From a bacterium (GTDB lineage: Bacteria; Patescibacteriota; Minisyncoccia; Minisyncoccales; RBG-13-42-11): a stretch of DNA of 64,000 bases. The notes under the pieces are model-generated. The model had not been told where the DNA came from. It did not search any database and saw nothing but the letters and a program-made list of their open reading frames with translations. Position 1 is the first letter of the stretch; every line of letters begins with the position of its first letter. The position numbers and the translations under genes are program-made. The stretch lies in the NCBI GenBank assembly GCA_043817685.1, contig JBDRGQ010000006.1, positions 1,879-65,878 on the forward strand. The letters run 5' to 3'. Shown here piece after piece: positions 9,815-19,698 of the stretch.

Positions 9815-11392
9815 TTACATTTTTTCCGGAGTGGATATTCCCATTAGATCTAAAGTTTTTTTCAAAACTATTTTTGTCGCCAAAACTAAAGAAAGTCTTT
9901 TGCCGGTTAATCCCTTGTCTTCTGATATGACCTGGCACTTTTGATAAAAACGATGGAAACTTTCGGCTAGTTCCATTGCATACTTCGGAAGTCTTTGGAT
10001 TTGATAGTCCAAAGCTGTATCTTCTATAACTTCCGGCAATCTTATTAATTGCTTGGCCAATTCTTTTTCTGATTCTTCTACTAAAGAAATATTTTTATCC
10101 TTACTAGGGTTAGATTTTCTTAAAATGCTGCAAATTCTGGCGTAGGCGTATTGAACATAATAAACCGGGTTTTTACTGGATTGTTCTTTAGCCAAGTCCG
10201 TATCAAAATCCATATGCGTATCAAGGGATTTCATGAGATAAAAAAACCTTACGGCGTCCAATCCCACTTCCCTAATAAGCCAGTCTAATGTTATGGTTTT
10301 TCCTTTTCTTTTCGACATTTTCTCTCCTTTCAACCTAACCACTTGAGATATCAAGAAAATCATTTCTCCTTTGTATCCCAACATTTTGGCAACTGCCTTT
10401 ATTTTTTGAATATGACCCTGATGATCCGCTCCCCAGATATCTATAATTTTATTATATTTTTTATCAAATCTGGTTTTATGGTAAACAATATCAGGCATTA
10501 AATAAGTGAAAGCACCTGTTTCTCTAACTAAAACCCAGTCTTTTGTGTCTTCGTATTTTGATGTTTTTAACCACTTAGCCCCGTCTTTTTCATATATTAA
10601 ATCATTCTTTTGGAGCCAATCGTAAACTTTATCTATTTCCCCAGTTTTATACAAATCGTCTTCTTCAGAAACCCATTTATCGAATTTAATGTTAAGCTTC
10701 TTTCTAATAAAATTTTTAATATCTTTTTGGACCTCTTTAGCCAGTAGAGATCCAGCATCTCTCTCGTTTTTGCAATTCTTAAGTTTAGATTTTAAAGAGT
10801 TAATCTTTTCTTCCAAATAAGGATTTAAGTAAGTTGTTCCTTCTCCTAGGGCTGTTTCACCCAAAGCTTTAATTTGAGAACTGGCTTTTGAGTCATTGGC
10901 GTAGTGGATTCGCGAAACCTTAAATCCCGCTTTTTCAAAAACATTGGCAAGTGTTTCTCCGAAAAAAGCTCCTCTACCATGTCCTATGTGCAGTTCCCCG
11001 GTTGGATTGGCACAAATAAACTCAATGCTAATTGATTTTTTATTTTCATTTAATTTCCCAAAATCCTTTTGCTTTTTTAATATTTTACCTATTTCTTTTT
11101 CTAAAAACTCTTTGGAAATAAAAAAATTAAGGAATCCAGGGCCAGCTGTCTCTATTTTCTTTATAAATTTACTGTTTTGGCATTTATTTTTTATCAATTC
11201 CGCTATTTCCCTAGGAGACTTTTGAGACTCTTTGGCCAAAATCATAGCTATATTGGTGGAATAGTCCCCATTGAAACTGTTTTCTGGCGTTTCTATATTT
11301 ACACTCTTAATATCAAAAACAGGAAGAGCCTTCTCTTTTTGAAGCTCTTTTAGGGAAATCTCTATTATATTTTGAAGTTCTTTTCTTATCAT
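9815..11392 (-). CDS. argS: arginine--tRNA ligase
   Basis: ANPTGELHIGHGRGA (HIGH) and the MSKRKGK variant of KMSK. Length is 525 aa. Confidence 0.95.
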   Translation of the reverse strand: MIRKELQNIIEISLKELQKEKALPVFDIKSVNIETPENSFNGDYSTNIAMILAKESQKSPREIAELIKNKCQNSKFIKKIETAGPGFLNFFISKEFLEKEIGKILKKQKDFGKLNENKKSISIEFICANPTGELHIGHGRGAFFGETLANVFEKAGFKVSRIHYANDSKASSQIKALGETALGEGTTYLNPYLEEKINSLKSKLKNCKNERDAGSLLAKEVQKDIKNFIRKKLNIKFDKWVSEEDDLYKTGEIDKVYDWLQKNDLIYEKDGAKWLKTSKYEDTKDWVLVRETGAFTYLMPDIVYHKTRFDKKYNKIIDIWGADHQGHIQKIKAVAKMLGYKGEMIFLISQVVRLKGEKMSKRKGKTITLDWLIREVGLDAVRFFYLMKSLDTHMDFDTDLAKEQSSKNPVYYVQYAYARICSILRKSNPSKDKNISLVEESEKELAKQLIRLPEVIEDTALDYQIQRLPKYAMELAESFHRFYQKCQVISEDKGLTGKRLSLVLATKIVLKKTLDLMGISTPEKM

Positions 11393-11432
11393 TATGCTTC
11401 ATTTTATCTTAAAATTTGCTAAAATGGAAGGG

Positions 11433-11882
11433 ATGAAGCCCTTAGCTGATAACAAAAAAGCATATTTCGATTATGAAATTCTAGAAAAGTATGAAGCAGG
11501 AATTTCTTTGATTGGACAAGAAGTAAAGTCAATAAAACAAGGCCATATGAGTTTAAGCGGTTCTTATGTGGTGATAAGGGGGAATGAAGCTTTTTTACTA
11601 GGAGTTCATGTTCCTCCTTATCAGCCTAAAAATGCCCCCAAAGAATATGACCCCCAAAGGACAAGAAAACTTCTTTTAAGGAAGCAGGAAATAAACTATT
11701 TAATCGGAAAAACTAAAGAGAAAGGGTTGACTTTAGTGCCATTAAGGGTGTATACTCTGAAAGGTAATATCAAATTAGAATTTGGAGTGGCTAGAGGGAA
11801 AAAACAGAAAGATAAGAGAGAAACGATAAAGAAACGAGAAACGGAAAGAGATATGAAAAGAGAGTTAAACCTGAGGGGGTGA
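11433..11882 (+). CDS. smpB: SsrA-binding protein SmpB
   Basis: NKKAYFDYEILEKYEAGISLIGQEVKSIK is the conserved SmpB core. The ORF track starts at 11394. I prefer ATG 11433 (or 11424) because TAAAAT at 11420-11425 lies just upstream. The stop TGA is at 11880-11882. Confidence 0.9.
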   Translation: MKPLADNKKAYFDYEILEKYEAGISLIGQEVKSIKQGHMSLSGSYVVIRGNEAFLLGVHVPPYQPKNAPKEYDPQRTRKLLLRKQEINYLIGKTKEKGLTLVPLRVYTLKGNIKLEFGVARGKKQKDKRETIKKRETERDMKRELNLRG

Positions 11883-12217
11883 AAGGCTTCGACAGAAAAT
11901 CTAATTAAAATATGCAAGCCGAGTTATTAGATCTTGTAAAACTAATAAAGAAATAAGTGCCAACTTATTCAAACAACCAGCATTAGCAATAGCTTAATGC
12001 CATCTCGTCTGTTGATTCTCGCTAGGCAGAGTCGAGGTGTCATATTAGCGAGATAGATAGTTTTTTTGATTCGGGAAAACTATTAAAGATGGTTCTGGGT
12101 CAATGGTATAGATTTTTTGCCCGGTTTAAACTCTATATCTTAGATGAAACCGGTCTACGCTTGTAGAAATATTTTAAAGAAATTTTTTGGACAGGGGTTC
12201 AATTCTCCTCACCTCCA
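11875..12217 (+). ncRNA. ssrA: tmRNA (ssrA)
   Basis: 5' GGGGGUG (11875-11881) pairs with 3' CACCUCC (12210-12216) and includes a G3:U wobble, followed by discriminator A. T-arm is AGGGG-UUCAAUU-CUCCU. An in-frame tag ORF GCC AAC ... GCT TAA (11959-11997) encodes ANLFKQPALAIA. It lies directly after smpB. Confidence 0.9.
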
Positions 12218-12233
12218 CTAACAATATAAAAAA

Positions 12234-12743
12234 TTGCCTAAAAGAATTTTTATAAACAATCAAATAAGGGCTGAAGAAGTAAGGTTGATAGATGAAACCG
12301 GAAAACAACTAGGCGTTGTTTCTCTTCAAGAGGCTCAAAATCTGGCCAAAGAAAAAAATATGGACCTTATCCAGGTAACAGAAAAAGTTGACCCTCCTGT
12401 TTGTAAAATAGGAGATTATGGAAAATACTTATACCAAGAAGAAAAGAAAGAAAGACACAGTCATAAAAATAAAGGTGGAGAATTAAAAGCGATAAGGCTT
12501 ACTTACAACATTTCCCAGCACGATATGGAAACAAGGGCCAAATTAGCCGAAAAGTTTCTAAAAAAGGGAGACACAGTAAGAATAGATTTACCCCTAAGAG
12601 GAAGACAAAAAGCTTTGGGAGACTTTGCCAAAGAAAAAATGGCTAAATTTCTTGAAGAACTAAATGAAATGATAGGAATAAAAACAGAAAAGGAATTAAA
12701 AAGAGAACCAAGAGGATTCACAATGATAATTTCCAAAAAATAA
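12234..12743 (+). CDS. infC: translation initiation factor IF-3
   Basis: INNQIRAEEVRLIDETGKQLGVVSLQEAQNLAKEKNMDLIQV. It uses a non-ATG (TTG) start, as is usual for infC, and is followed by rpmI-rplT. Confidence 0.95.
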   Translation: MPKRIFINNQIRAEEVRLIDETGKQLGVVSLQEAQNLAKEKNMDLIQVTEKVDPPVCKIGDYGKYLYQEEKKERHSHKNKGGELKAIRLTYNISQHDMETRAKLAEKFLKKGDTVRIDLPLRGRQKALGDFAKEKMAKFLEELNEMIGIKTEKELKREPRGFTMIISKK

Positions 12744-12744
12744 C

Positions 12745-12939
12745 ATGCCAAAATTAAAAACAAGAAAATCAGTAACAAAAAGATTTAAAATAACAAGAAC
12801 TGGTAAAATCTTAAGAAGAGCTACCGGTCTTGATCATGCTAGAGCTAAAAAATCAGGGAAAAAGATAAGGAAATCTAGAAAATGGGTTCCTTTATCTAAA
12901 CCCGAGAGTAGAAGAATAAGAAAAATAATAAGAAAATAA
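12745..12939 (+). CDS. rpmI: 50S ribosomal protein L35
   Basis: MPKLKTRKSVTKRFKITRTGKILRR sits in the canonical infC-rpmI-rplT operon. Confidence 0.95.
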   Translation: MPKLKTRKSVTKRFKITRTGKILRRATGLDHARAKKSGKKIRKSRKWVPLSKPESRRIRKIIRK

Positions 12940-13286
12940 TGCCTAGAGTTAAAAGAGGAAAAACAGCGAATAAAAGAAGAAAAAACGTATTAAAACACGC
13001 AAAAGGTTTTAAATGGGGAAGAAAATCAAAATATAAGTTAGCCAAGGATGCTTTAAGGCACGCTTGGGAATATTCATATAGAGACAGAAAAACAAAAAAG
13101 AGAACCAGAAGAAGTCTCTGGCAAAGCCAAATAAACTCAGCTTGCAAAACAGAAGGAATAGCTTATAGCAGATTTATAGCAGCCCTTAAAAAGAATAAGA
13201 TAGAAATAGATAGAAAAATACTTTCTGAATTAATAGAAAAAAATCCACAAGTATTCAAGAAAATAGTAGAGAAAGTAAAATCTTAA
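12939..13286 (+). CDS. rplT: 50S ribosomal protein L20
   Basis: MPRVKRGKTANKRRKNVLKHAKGF...YRDRK. Confidence 0.95.
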   Translation: MPRVKRGKTANKRRKNVLKHAKGFKWGRKSKYKLAKDALRHAWEYSYRDRKTKKRTRRSLWQSQINSACKTEGIAYSRFIAALKKNKIEIDRKILSELIEKNPQVFKKIVEKVKS

Positions 13287-13293
13287 TTATTCT

Positions 13294-13335
13294 AAAAAAA
13301 CGACCGCCTCTAAAGACTAGGCGGTCTTTTGTTTT
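13294..13335. terminator. bidirectional intrinsic terminator (rplT on the plus strand, small ORF on the minus strand)
   Basis: Stem GACCGCCT (13302-13309) / AGGCGGTC (13319-13326) with a 9-nt loop. It is flanked by an A-run (13294-13300) and a T-run (13327-13335). Confidence 0.75.
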
Positions 13336-13546
13336 GTATACTTTCTATCTGGGGATGAGCGTGGTTTGAGGCAATAAATAATCCTTTATTAATTAACTTT
13401 TCTAAATCTTCGGTAGAAATTTTAATTTTCTTAAGTTTATGCGGAATGTTATTAAAAGTTAATGCCATAGGACATTCTGTTTGGTGCGCATCTGTTACTA
13501 CTCCGCATAAGCAAACCTTCCAACGCCATCTTCCATCATTGCTCAT
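13310..13546 (-). CDS. hypothetical small Cys/His protein
   Basis: 78-aa ORF preceded by a strong SD (AAAGGAGGAcc-ATG, 13547-13560). It carries C-x-C-x6-H-x3-C near the N-terminus. Composition is GC-richer than the neighbours (the 60-nt line at 13501 counts 29/60 GC). Confidence 0.45.
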   Translation of the reverse strand: MSNDGRWRWKVCLCGVVTDAHQTECPMALTFNNIPHKLKKIKISTEDLEKLINKGLFIASNHAHPQIESIQNKRPPSL

Positions 13547-13581
13547 ACATGGTCCTCCTTTAATCCTAAAGTATTTTTAAA

Positions 13582-13848
13582 TTACCAACTATTAATTATC
13601 ACTCTTTCTGATTTTAGTAAAGCTCTTTTCTTACAAGCTCCTCTGTTATATCCTCCAATCTTCTTATCGGATCTAATTACTCTATGACAAGGAATATCAG
13701 GGTTTTTGTTTTTGTTTAAAATATTTCCTACAGCCCTGAATGCGTTTCTTTTCCCAGAGATAACAGCTACTCCTTTGTAGGTCATAACTTTCCCTTTTGG
13801 TATCTTTCTAACCGTTGTTAAAACTTTATCTTTAAACTCCTGCTTCAT
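13582..13848 (-). CDS. MGMT-family protein (methylated-DNA--protein-cysteine methyltransferase DNA-binding/active-site domain only)
   Basis: IPCHRVI active-site motif with the preceding helix-turn-wing region. It is only 88 aa, so it lacks the N-terminal domain. Confidence 0.8.
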   Translation of the reverse strand: MKQEFKDKVLTTVRKIPKGKVMTYKGVAVISGKRNAFRAVGNILNKNKNPDIPCHRVIRSDKKIGGYNRGACKKRALLKSERVIINSW

Positions 13849-15092
13849 TTTCTAAGCTCTTTAAAAAGTTTAAGATAATCTCTTAAAAGTCTAGGCATTA
13901 AAAACTTTTCTTTTATGGTTTTTTTAGCTTCTTTCCCAAGTTTTTTCGCCAAGGCTGGATTTTCTATTAATTGAACTATTCTTTTAGCAGTTTCTTTTGA
14001 GCTTGAAACTAAAAATCCATTCTTCCCGTTTTTTATTTGAAGTTTTATTCCTCCAACTTTTCCTGCGATAACGGCTTTTTCTTTCCACATGGCTTCTGCC
14101 ACCGTCATTCCAAAACCCTCTCTAATAGATTTTTGAATAATTATATCTGAAGAAACCTGAAAAGCATTAACAAAAGTACTTACTTTTAAACTTCCCAACT
14201 TTGAAGTATCGGCAAAAAGAAATATGTCTGGATCACTTTCTGCTTTCTTTTTTGTTTCTGCATAAATTTTCTCCGCTTCAGGATCGTCTTTAGCTAAAAT
14301 TAAACCTACCATAGCCAATTGTAGATCGGGTATTTTTTTCTTAGCTATTTTATAAGCTTCTATAACACCCAAAGGATCCTTCCATGGGTCAAATCTGGAA
14401 ACTTGAGTGATTAAGGGTTTATCTGGATTAACTCCGAAGGTTCTAATGATATCATTAGCTTTATCAATGGGTAATGGTTTGTTCTTTGGATTAAGTATAT
14501 CTATTGCTGGCTGAATAATTTTTGCTTTATTTTTAATTTCACCATGTACAAAATCATTAGAACTAAAAATTACTTTATCGTAACATTCCAAAAAACTAGC
14601 TACGAACTTCCATACTTCCATATTCGGAGAAGTTAAATCAATATGTATTCTAGAAATAGCAGGATAAAAATCAGGTAAAAACATAATAACTCCGGCTGGC
14701 TGAGGATCATGTATAACCCAAACATCTGGCTTCATATCTCCCATTAATTCTGCAGTCTTAGCCATATGAAGAATATATTTCTTCCTATCTGCAAAAGAGA
14801 ATTTATAGCTTTTGCCTTGAAGGGCATTGTGTATTTCTTTAGTTATCTTAAAGAAACTGTTTCTAGCAGGAATAGTATACCATTCAGCATTCAAACCTAC
14901 CCCCCTCATTAAAGGAACCAAACTTTTTAATATTTCAGCTACACCTCCACCTCTCGGAGTAGCATTAACATGAAATACTTTCAGCCCCTTGAGTTGTTTA
15001 CTTAAAATCCTTATTTCTTTTAATATTTTTAAAGAAACTAAATTTTTATATTTATCAAGCTTTTCGCTATTTGTTTCTACTAAAGGTAGCAT
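13845..15092 (-). CDS. GT4-family glycosyltransferase, trehalose synthase (TreT)-like
   Basis: HVNATPRGGGVAEILKSLVPLMRGVGLNAEWYTI N-terminal motif and a C-terminal EGFGMTVAEAMWK (E-x7-E region) typical of GT-B group 1 enzymes. The TreT assignment is tentative. Confidence 0.6.
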   Translation of the reverse strand: MLPLVETNSEKLDKYKNLVSLKILKEIRILSKQLKGLKVFHVNATPRGGGVAEILKSLVPLMRGVGLNAEWYTIPARNSFFKITKEIHNALQGKSYKFSFADRKKYILHMAKTAELMGDMKPDVWVIHDPQPAGVIMFLPDFYPAISRIHIDLTSPNMEVWKFVASFLECYDKVIFSSNDFVHGEIKNKAKIIQPAIDILNPKNKPLPIDKANDIIRTFGVNPDKPLITQVSRFDPWKDPLGVIEAYKIAKKKIPDLQLAMVGLILAKDDPEAEKIYAETKKKAESDPDIFLFADTSKLGSLKVSTFVNAFQVSSDIIIQKSIREGFGMTVAEAMWKEKAVIAGKVGGIKLQIKNGKNGFLVSSSKETAKRIVQLIENPALAKKLGKEAKKTIKEKFLMPRLLRDYLKLFKELRK

Positions 15093-15525
15093 ATTGTTTA
15101 TTCAAATAATTATTAGCTTTTTGAAGAATATCCTTACCGTTCTGGAAAGTCAATAATTCCAGCGCTTCCTTAAACGGCAACCACTTAAATCCTTTGTGTT
15201 CAAAAGAAAGAGTAATCTTTTTAGTCTTTGTTTCCGCTAAAAAGAAAACTACTGTTTTAAAAATTGTCTGACCTTTAAATTTAAAGAAATATTTTATTTC
15301 TTCTTTGAACCCTTCCAAAATACTTATATCATCCAATCCTGTTTCTTCTTTTGCTTCTCTTTTAGCGGCAATAATTTCATTCTCTCCTTTTTCAATATGA
15401 CCTTTAGAAAAATCCCAAAAAGGATTTTTTCTTCTGAGTCCTGATTGATAATGTAAAAGGAGATATTGAATTCCTCTCTCCTTTTTCCTAAAAATTACTG
15501 CTCCAGCTGATTTTTCTGTCGGCAT
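15067..15525 (-). CDS. NUDIX hydrolase
   Basis: Nudix box GHIEKGENEIIAAKREAKEETGL (Gx5Ex7REUxEExGU). Confidence 0.85.
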   Translation of the reverse strand: MPTEKSAGAVIFRKKERGIQYLLLHYQSGLRRKNPFWDFSKGHIEKGENEIIAAKREAKEETGLDDISILEGFKEEIKYFFKFKGQTIFKTVVFFLAETKTKKITLSFEHKGFKWLPFKEALELLTFQNGKDILQKANNYLNKQYATFSRNK

Positions 15526-15528
15526 ATT

Positions 15529-17241
15529 TTAACGGAAATAAGTTAATAGTTTTTTAAGTGGATTTGTATTAATAATATCTTTCTTTTCCGCCCATCCTCT
15601 TCTAGCTTGAGATATTCCTAATTCCATATATTTTAAATTTTCTTTTTGATGAGCATCTGTATTTATTATCATTTTAACCCTAGCTTCTTTTGCCTTTTTT
15701 ATATTTTGGTCATTTAAGTCCATTCTTTCCATGGAAGCGTTTATCTCTAGAGCAACATCGTACTCTTTGGCTACTTTAAGTATTTTATCAAAATCGCATT
15801 GATATTCATCCCTTCTTTTCAATATCCTGCCTGTCGGATGGGAAAGTATATCAACATTAGGATTTTTCATCGCTCTAGTTATCCTTTCTGTCATCTCTTT
15901 TTGAGGCATTTTAAGATTAGAATGGACTCCGGCTATAACATAATCTAATCTCTTCAGACTCTCGTCTTTTATATCAACTGATCCATTGTTCAAAATATTA
16001 ACTTCTGCTCCTTTTAAAATTTTAAAGTTTTTTTGTTTTTTGTTTAATTTATCAATCTCTTTATTCCTCTTTTCTAATTGCTTTTCGTCCAACCCATTCT
16101 CTATTCTTAAAAACTTTGTATGGTCTGAAATACCTATATATTCATACCCCATACTTTTTGCAGCCTTAACCATTTCTACTATTGAATCTTCTCCTCCATC
16201 CCAATTGGAGTGACAGTGTAAATCTCCCTTTATGTCGTTATATCCTATTAATTTGGGCAACTTCTTTTTACCAGCTGCTTCTATCTCGCCCCTGTCTTCT
16301 CTTAACTCAGGTTCTATCCAATCTAATCCCAAAGCTTTGTATATCCCAGATTCTGACCAACCAGCTATCATTTTAGACCCTTTGAACAATCCATATTCTG
16401 AAAGCTTTAACCCTTTTTGAATGGCTATTCTTCTGGTAGCTATATTATGTTCTTTTGAGCCTGTAAAATACTGGAGAGCCGAACCATAGCTTTTTTTTCT
16501 CAAAACCCTTAAATCAACATCAAACCCCTGTTTAACCCTAATAGAAGATTTGGTTTGTCCTTTCCCCCAAACCTTTACTATTTCTGGGAAAGAAAGGAAA
16601 AATTCCATAATCTTTTTGGGATTCTTTGTAGTTACTAAAATATCAACATCTCCTATAGTATCTTTTCTTCTCCTAACAGATCCTGCCGGACTAATTTGTT
16701 CTATTTCTTTTAACGATTCCAATTTTTTAATTATACGATTCACTTCTGGCAATATTTCTCCCAAAAGAAACCTACCCTTGCTTCTTTTTAAAAATTCTAT
16801 TCCTTCTAAGATATTCTTTTCTGTTTTTTCTCCAAAACCAAATAGGGGAGCAATTTTGTGGGCCTTTGCTGCCTTTTCTAAAGTTTTTAAATCTCTAACT
16901 CTCAACTCACGAAAAAGGATTTTAGCTTTTTTAGAACCCATTCCTTCAACGCTAATCAGTTCTCCTAAATTTAAAGGAAGTCTTTTTTTAAACTCTTGAT
17001 AATATTTTATCTTCCCGGTTTTTAAATATTCTTCTATCAATTCAGCAATATTTTTTCCAATGCCTTCAAGCGCTATTAAGCCTTTTATTCCGTTTCTATC
17101 ATAAACATCTTGAATATCCTCTTCTGACCCTTCCAAAGCCATAGCCGCCTTTTGATAAGCATAAGGCTTAAATAGTACTTCATCCATTTTCAGATATTCT
17201 GCAATCTCATAAAATATTTTAGCTAATACCTGATTATTCAT
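15529..17241 (-). CDS. polX: family X DNA polymerase with C-terminal PHP domain (PolX)
   Basis: N-terminal HhH region (NQVLAKIFYEIAEYLKMDE...FKPYAYQKAA), GDVDILV catalytic aspartates, and a PHP motif GDLHCHSNWDGG. Confidence 0.9.
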   Translation of the reverse strand: MNNQVLAKIFYEIAEYLKMDEVLFKPYAYQKAAMALEGSEEDIQDVYDRNGIKGLIALEGIGKNIAELIEEYLKTGKIKYYQEFKKRLPLNLGELISVEGMGSKKAKILFRELRVRDLKTLEKAAKAHKIAPLFGFGEKTEKNILEGIEFLKRSKGRFLLGEILPEVNRIIKKLESLKEIEQISPAGSVRRRKDTIGDVDILVTTKNPKKIMEFFLSFPEIVKVWGKGQTKSSIRVKQGFDVDLRVLRKKSYGSALQYFTGSKEHNIATRRIAIQKGLKLSEYGLFKGSKMIAGWSESGIYKALGLDWIEPELREDRGEIEAAGKKKLPKLIGYNDIKGDLHCHSNWDGGEDSIVEMVKAAKSMGYEYIGISDHTKFLRIENGLDEKQLEKRNKEIDKLNKKQKNFKILKGAEVNILNNGSVDIKDESLKRLDYVIAGVHSNLKMPQKEMTERITRAMKNPNVDILSHPTGRILKRRDEYQCDFDKILKVAKEYDVALEINASMERMDLNDQNIKKAKEARVKMIINTDAHQKENLKYMELGISQARRGWAEKKDIINTNPLKKLLTYFR

Positions 17242-17242
17242 A

Positions 17243-17902
17243 TTAACCCTTTGGTAAATGTGGCTCTTGCAAGGCTTTTGCTTCAGGGGCTCTAGCAGTC
17301 TTTTTATCTCTTGGAGATATTTCCCAAAGAATTATAAACAATAGCAAAGAAGAAAGTAGAATAAATATACCCATCACAATAAATAATGGGCCAAAACCAA
17401 ACTTTGATACAAACAACCCACCAAGGGCTCCGGATATTCCAGCTCCTAAACCAATTGCAGTACTTCTTGCTGCCCACTCAAAAGCTTCTTTCCCCTTATC
17501 AATATGTCTAGTGAATATTGCTGTCCAAGCAGGTATGTTCATTGCCATGCCAATAGAATAGAAAGCTTGAATTAAATAAATATGCCAAGGCAAAGAACTA
17601 AATATATAAGCAAAAACTGACAAAGCAGCTATTATATTTCCTAATATAACAAATATTATATCATCTCTCTCTCCGTGGTTCTTATCTAAATAATTACCTA
17701 TGGGTATTTGTAGCAAAGACTTAACGCCCCAATAAATAGCCATAGCGAAACCGGCTACTTTGGCTGCTTCTGCTGGATCGCCAAGAGTTATTCTTTCATT
17801 AATAAAAATAGCGAATATTGGAGCAATAAATCCAAAACCGGTTAACAAAAGAACGTCTGAAAGAGTTAATACCTTTATTATTTTATTAATAGATTTAAAC
17901 AT
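17243..17902 (-). CDS. six-TM MFS-like membrane protein (half-size)
   Basis: Six predicted TM segments with a motif-A-like loop NYLDKNHGERDD between TM2 and TM3. At 219 aa it is half the length of a normal MFS protein. Confidence 0.45.
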   Translation of the reverse strand: MFKSINKIIKVLTLSDVLLLTGFGFIAPIFAIFINERITLGDPAEAAKVAGFAMAIYWGVKSLLQIPIGNYLDKNHGERDDIIFVILGNIIAALSVFAYIFSSLPWHIYLIQAFYSIGMAMNIPAWTAIFTRHIDKGKEAFEWAARSTAIGLGAGISGALGGLFVSKFGFGPLFIVMGIFILLSSLLLFIILWEISPRDKKTARAPEAKALQEPHLPKG

Positions 17903-17906
17903 TTAT

Positions 17907-18899
17907 TTAGTCTTCATCAGATAAACTTTCTATTTTGTTTAAAAGCTTATCTTTTATCAATATTATCCCGAATCTAAATAATAAGACTACCCCTATTAAA
18001 GAAACTACAAGTTCTACTACTCTTATTATCATAGTAAAGGCTGTTGCCGTAGAAATGCCCAACCCCAAAGAATTAAATGCGAATGATTGAATAGCTTCAT
18101 GCGTCCCCAAAGCGGTAGGAATAGGAATCATAACGGCTAAATAGGAAAATCCTAAAACCGATAAAGCAGATAAAGCGGCAACGCTTTTCCCTAGGAAGGT
18201 TATCAAGAACCAAACTCTTATATACATAACACTAACTCTTAAAAAAGAAAGGGCCATGGACTTCCACATAGCTAGTTTGTTTCTTTTGAAAAAGTTAAAT
18301 ATTTCTTTTTCTATGTCTAATAAATTATTTTTCCTTTTTCTCAAAAAGATAGCTGCTATACTTTCTCTCTTATAGCACTTAACAAAGAAATATATCAGCA
18401 AAATAACAAAAAATACAAACAACCCACTAAAAATTATTACTAAATTATTAATAGGAAAATTATTAAAAAACAAAAAGATTATTCCCCCAAAAAAAATAAC
18501 CACTAAATTAGCGGTCCATTCCAAAATTCTATCAATTATTACAGAAGCCATACCTTTTGACCAAGGAACATCATTTCTCTGTTTTAAGATATAAGTTCTA
18601 AGAACTTCTCCTCCCCAAACTAATATTGGAGCTAAGAACATAATGGAAAAACCCGCTAAAAAGGGACTTATCATCTTCTTTATAGAAAGATTAATCCCAA
18701 CACCTTTTAGTATTTCCCTCCACCTCCATATTCCTACAGCCATTGTCATAAGAGTAAGACCAAGAATTATCAAACCATCTGTTCCTTGGAAAAGACTGAA
18801 GTCCCTCTTTAATTCTTCCCAACCGACCATTTTTATCACCCAAACAAATAGACCTATTCCTACTAAAAGAGATAAAATAAAAAGTAATAATTTTTTCAT
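17907..18899 (-). CDS. UPF0104 / lysylphosphatidylglycerol-synthase-TM-domain (flippase-like) family membrane protein
   Basis: 330 aa with about 8 TM segments. The N-terminal pattern VWVIKMVGWEELKRDF is typical of this family. Confidence 0.5.
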   Translation of the reverse strand: MKKLLLFILSLLVGIGLFVWVIKMVGWEELKRDFSLFQGTDGLIILGLTLMTMAVGIWRWREILKGVGINLSIKKMISPFLAGFSIMFLAPILVWGGEVLRTYILKQRNDVPWSKGMASVIIDRILEWTANLVVIFFGGIIFLFFNNFPINNLVIIFSGLFVFFVILLIYFFVKCYKRESIAAIFLRKRKNNLLDIEKEIFNFFKRNKLAMWKSMALSFLRVSVMYIRVWFLITFLGKSVAALSALSVLGFSYLAVMIPIPTALGTHEAIQSFAFNSLGLGISTATAFTMIIRVVELVVSLIGVVLLFRFGIILIKDKLLNKIESLSDED

Positions 18900-18945
18900 G
18901 ATTTATTGATTATACTCAACTTTAATAAAAAACAAAATCCCACAC

Positions 18946-19698
18946 TTAACGCACCTTTTCTTCAAGAAAAATCACTATTTCTGAATTAACTTCTGGAGAA
19001 TCCCAAGAATAATCATGCCCCTTAGCTTTAAAAGCTTTAGCTATTGAGATATTATCTCCTTTAATATTAGAAATTAACCAATCAAATGGTGCTTTTACGG
19101 CTGCAAAGAATAAGGAGCCAATTTCTCCATTGGACAATGTATCTCTTCCATTGTTATCTAACTGTAAAATATTTTTATCTTCTACTTTCTTTGCCCAAAA
19201 CGGAGTTCCAACAGCTATTGCATACAAAGAATCTTTTATATTTTCTGAAATTCTTTTATATGTTTCATTCACAAAAGCGGCTCCATTAGAAAGACCAGTA
19301 AGTATTATTTTCTTATCAGGAAACTGTTTAACTAATTCTTCTAACTCTGCTGCAAATTTCTCTGAGGAAAAAGCATATCTAGAAAAAAAATCTTTTGTTC
19401 CAGATAATTTGCCCGACAAACCCTCTTCGGTCCTCATGTAGGGGATAATAACGGTTTTATATCCCCGTTCATTTAAATTATTCTGGATTCCCTGAACTAT
19501 AGGAAGAAAATCATCCGCCTCTGACATCGGAACATCTCCCCACCCTCCTGGATTAAAAATAATAATAAAATCATTCTCAGAAACATCTTTTAGAACCTCC
19601 TGAGATTGAAGATTGGATGGAATTGTTATCGGAACGACCACTAAAAGAAATCCTATAAGGATAATTGTAAAAATAAAAAGTTTTTTTATTTTTTGCAT
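18946..19698 (-). CDS. membrane-anchored alpha/beta-hydrolase-like protein
   Basis: N-terminal TM/signal anchor and a nucleophile-elbow-like GLSNG (GxSxG). Confidence 0.4.
   Translation of the reverse strand: MQKIKKLFIFTIILIGFLLVVVPITIPSNLQSQEVLKDVSENDFIIIFNPGGWGDVPMSEADDFLPIVQGIQNNLNERGYKTVIIPYMRTEEGLSGKLSGTKDFFSRYAFSSEKFAAELEELVKQFPDKKIILTGLSNGAAFVNETYKRISENIKDSLYAIAVGTPFWAKKVEDKNILQLDNNGRDTLSNGEIGSLFFAAVKAPFDWLISNIKGDNISIAKAFKAKGHDYSWDSPEVNSEIVIFLEEKVR

Noticed and set aside
17243-17902. Half-size MFS-like gene as a possible truncated pseudogene.
   Set aside because: The flanking ORFs are unrelated intact genes with 1-4 nt spacing, and there is no adjacent fragment encoding the other six helices. 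It is kept as a CDS with modest confidence.
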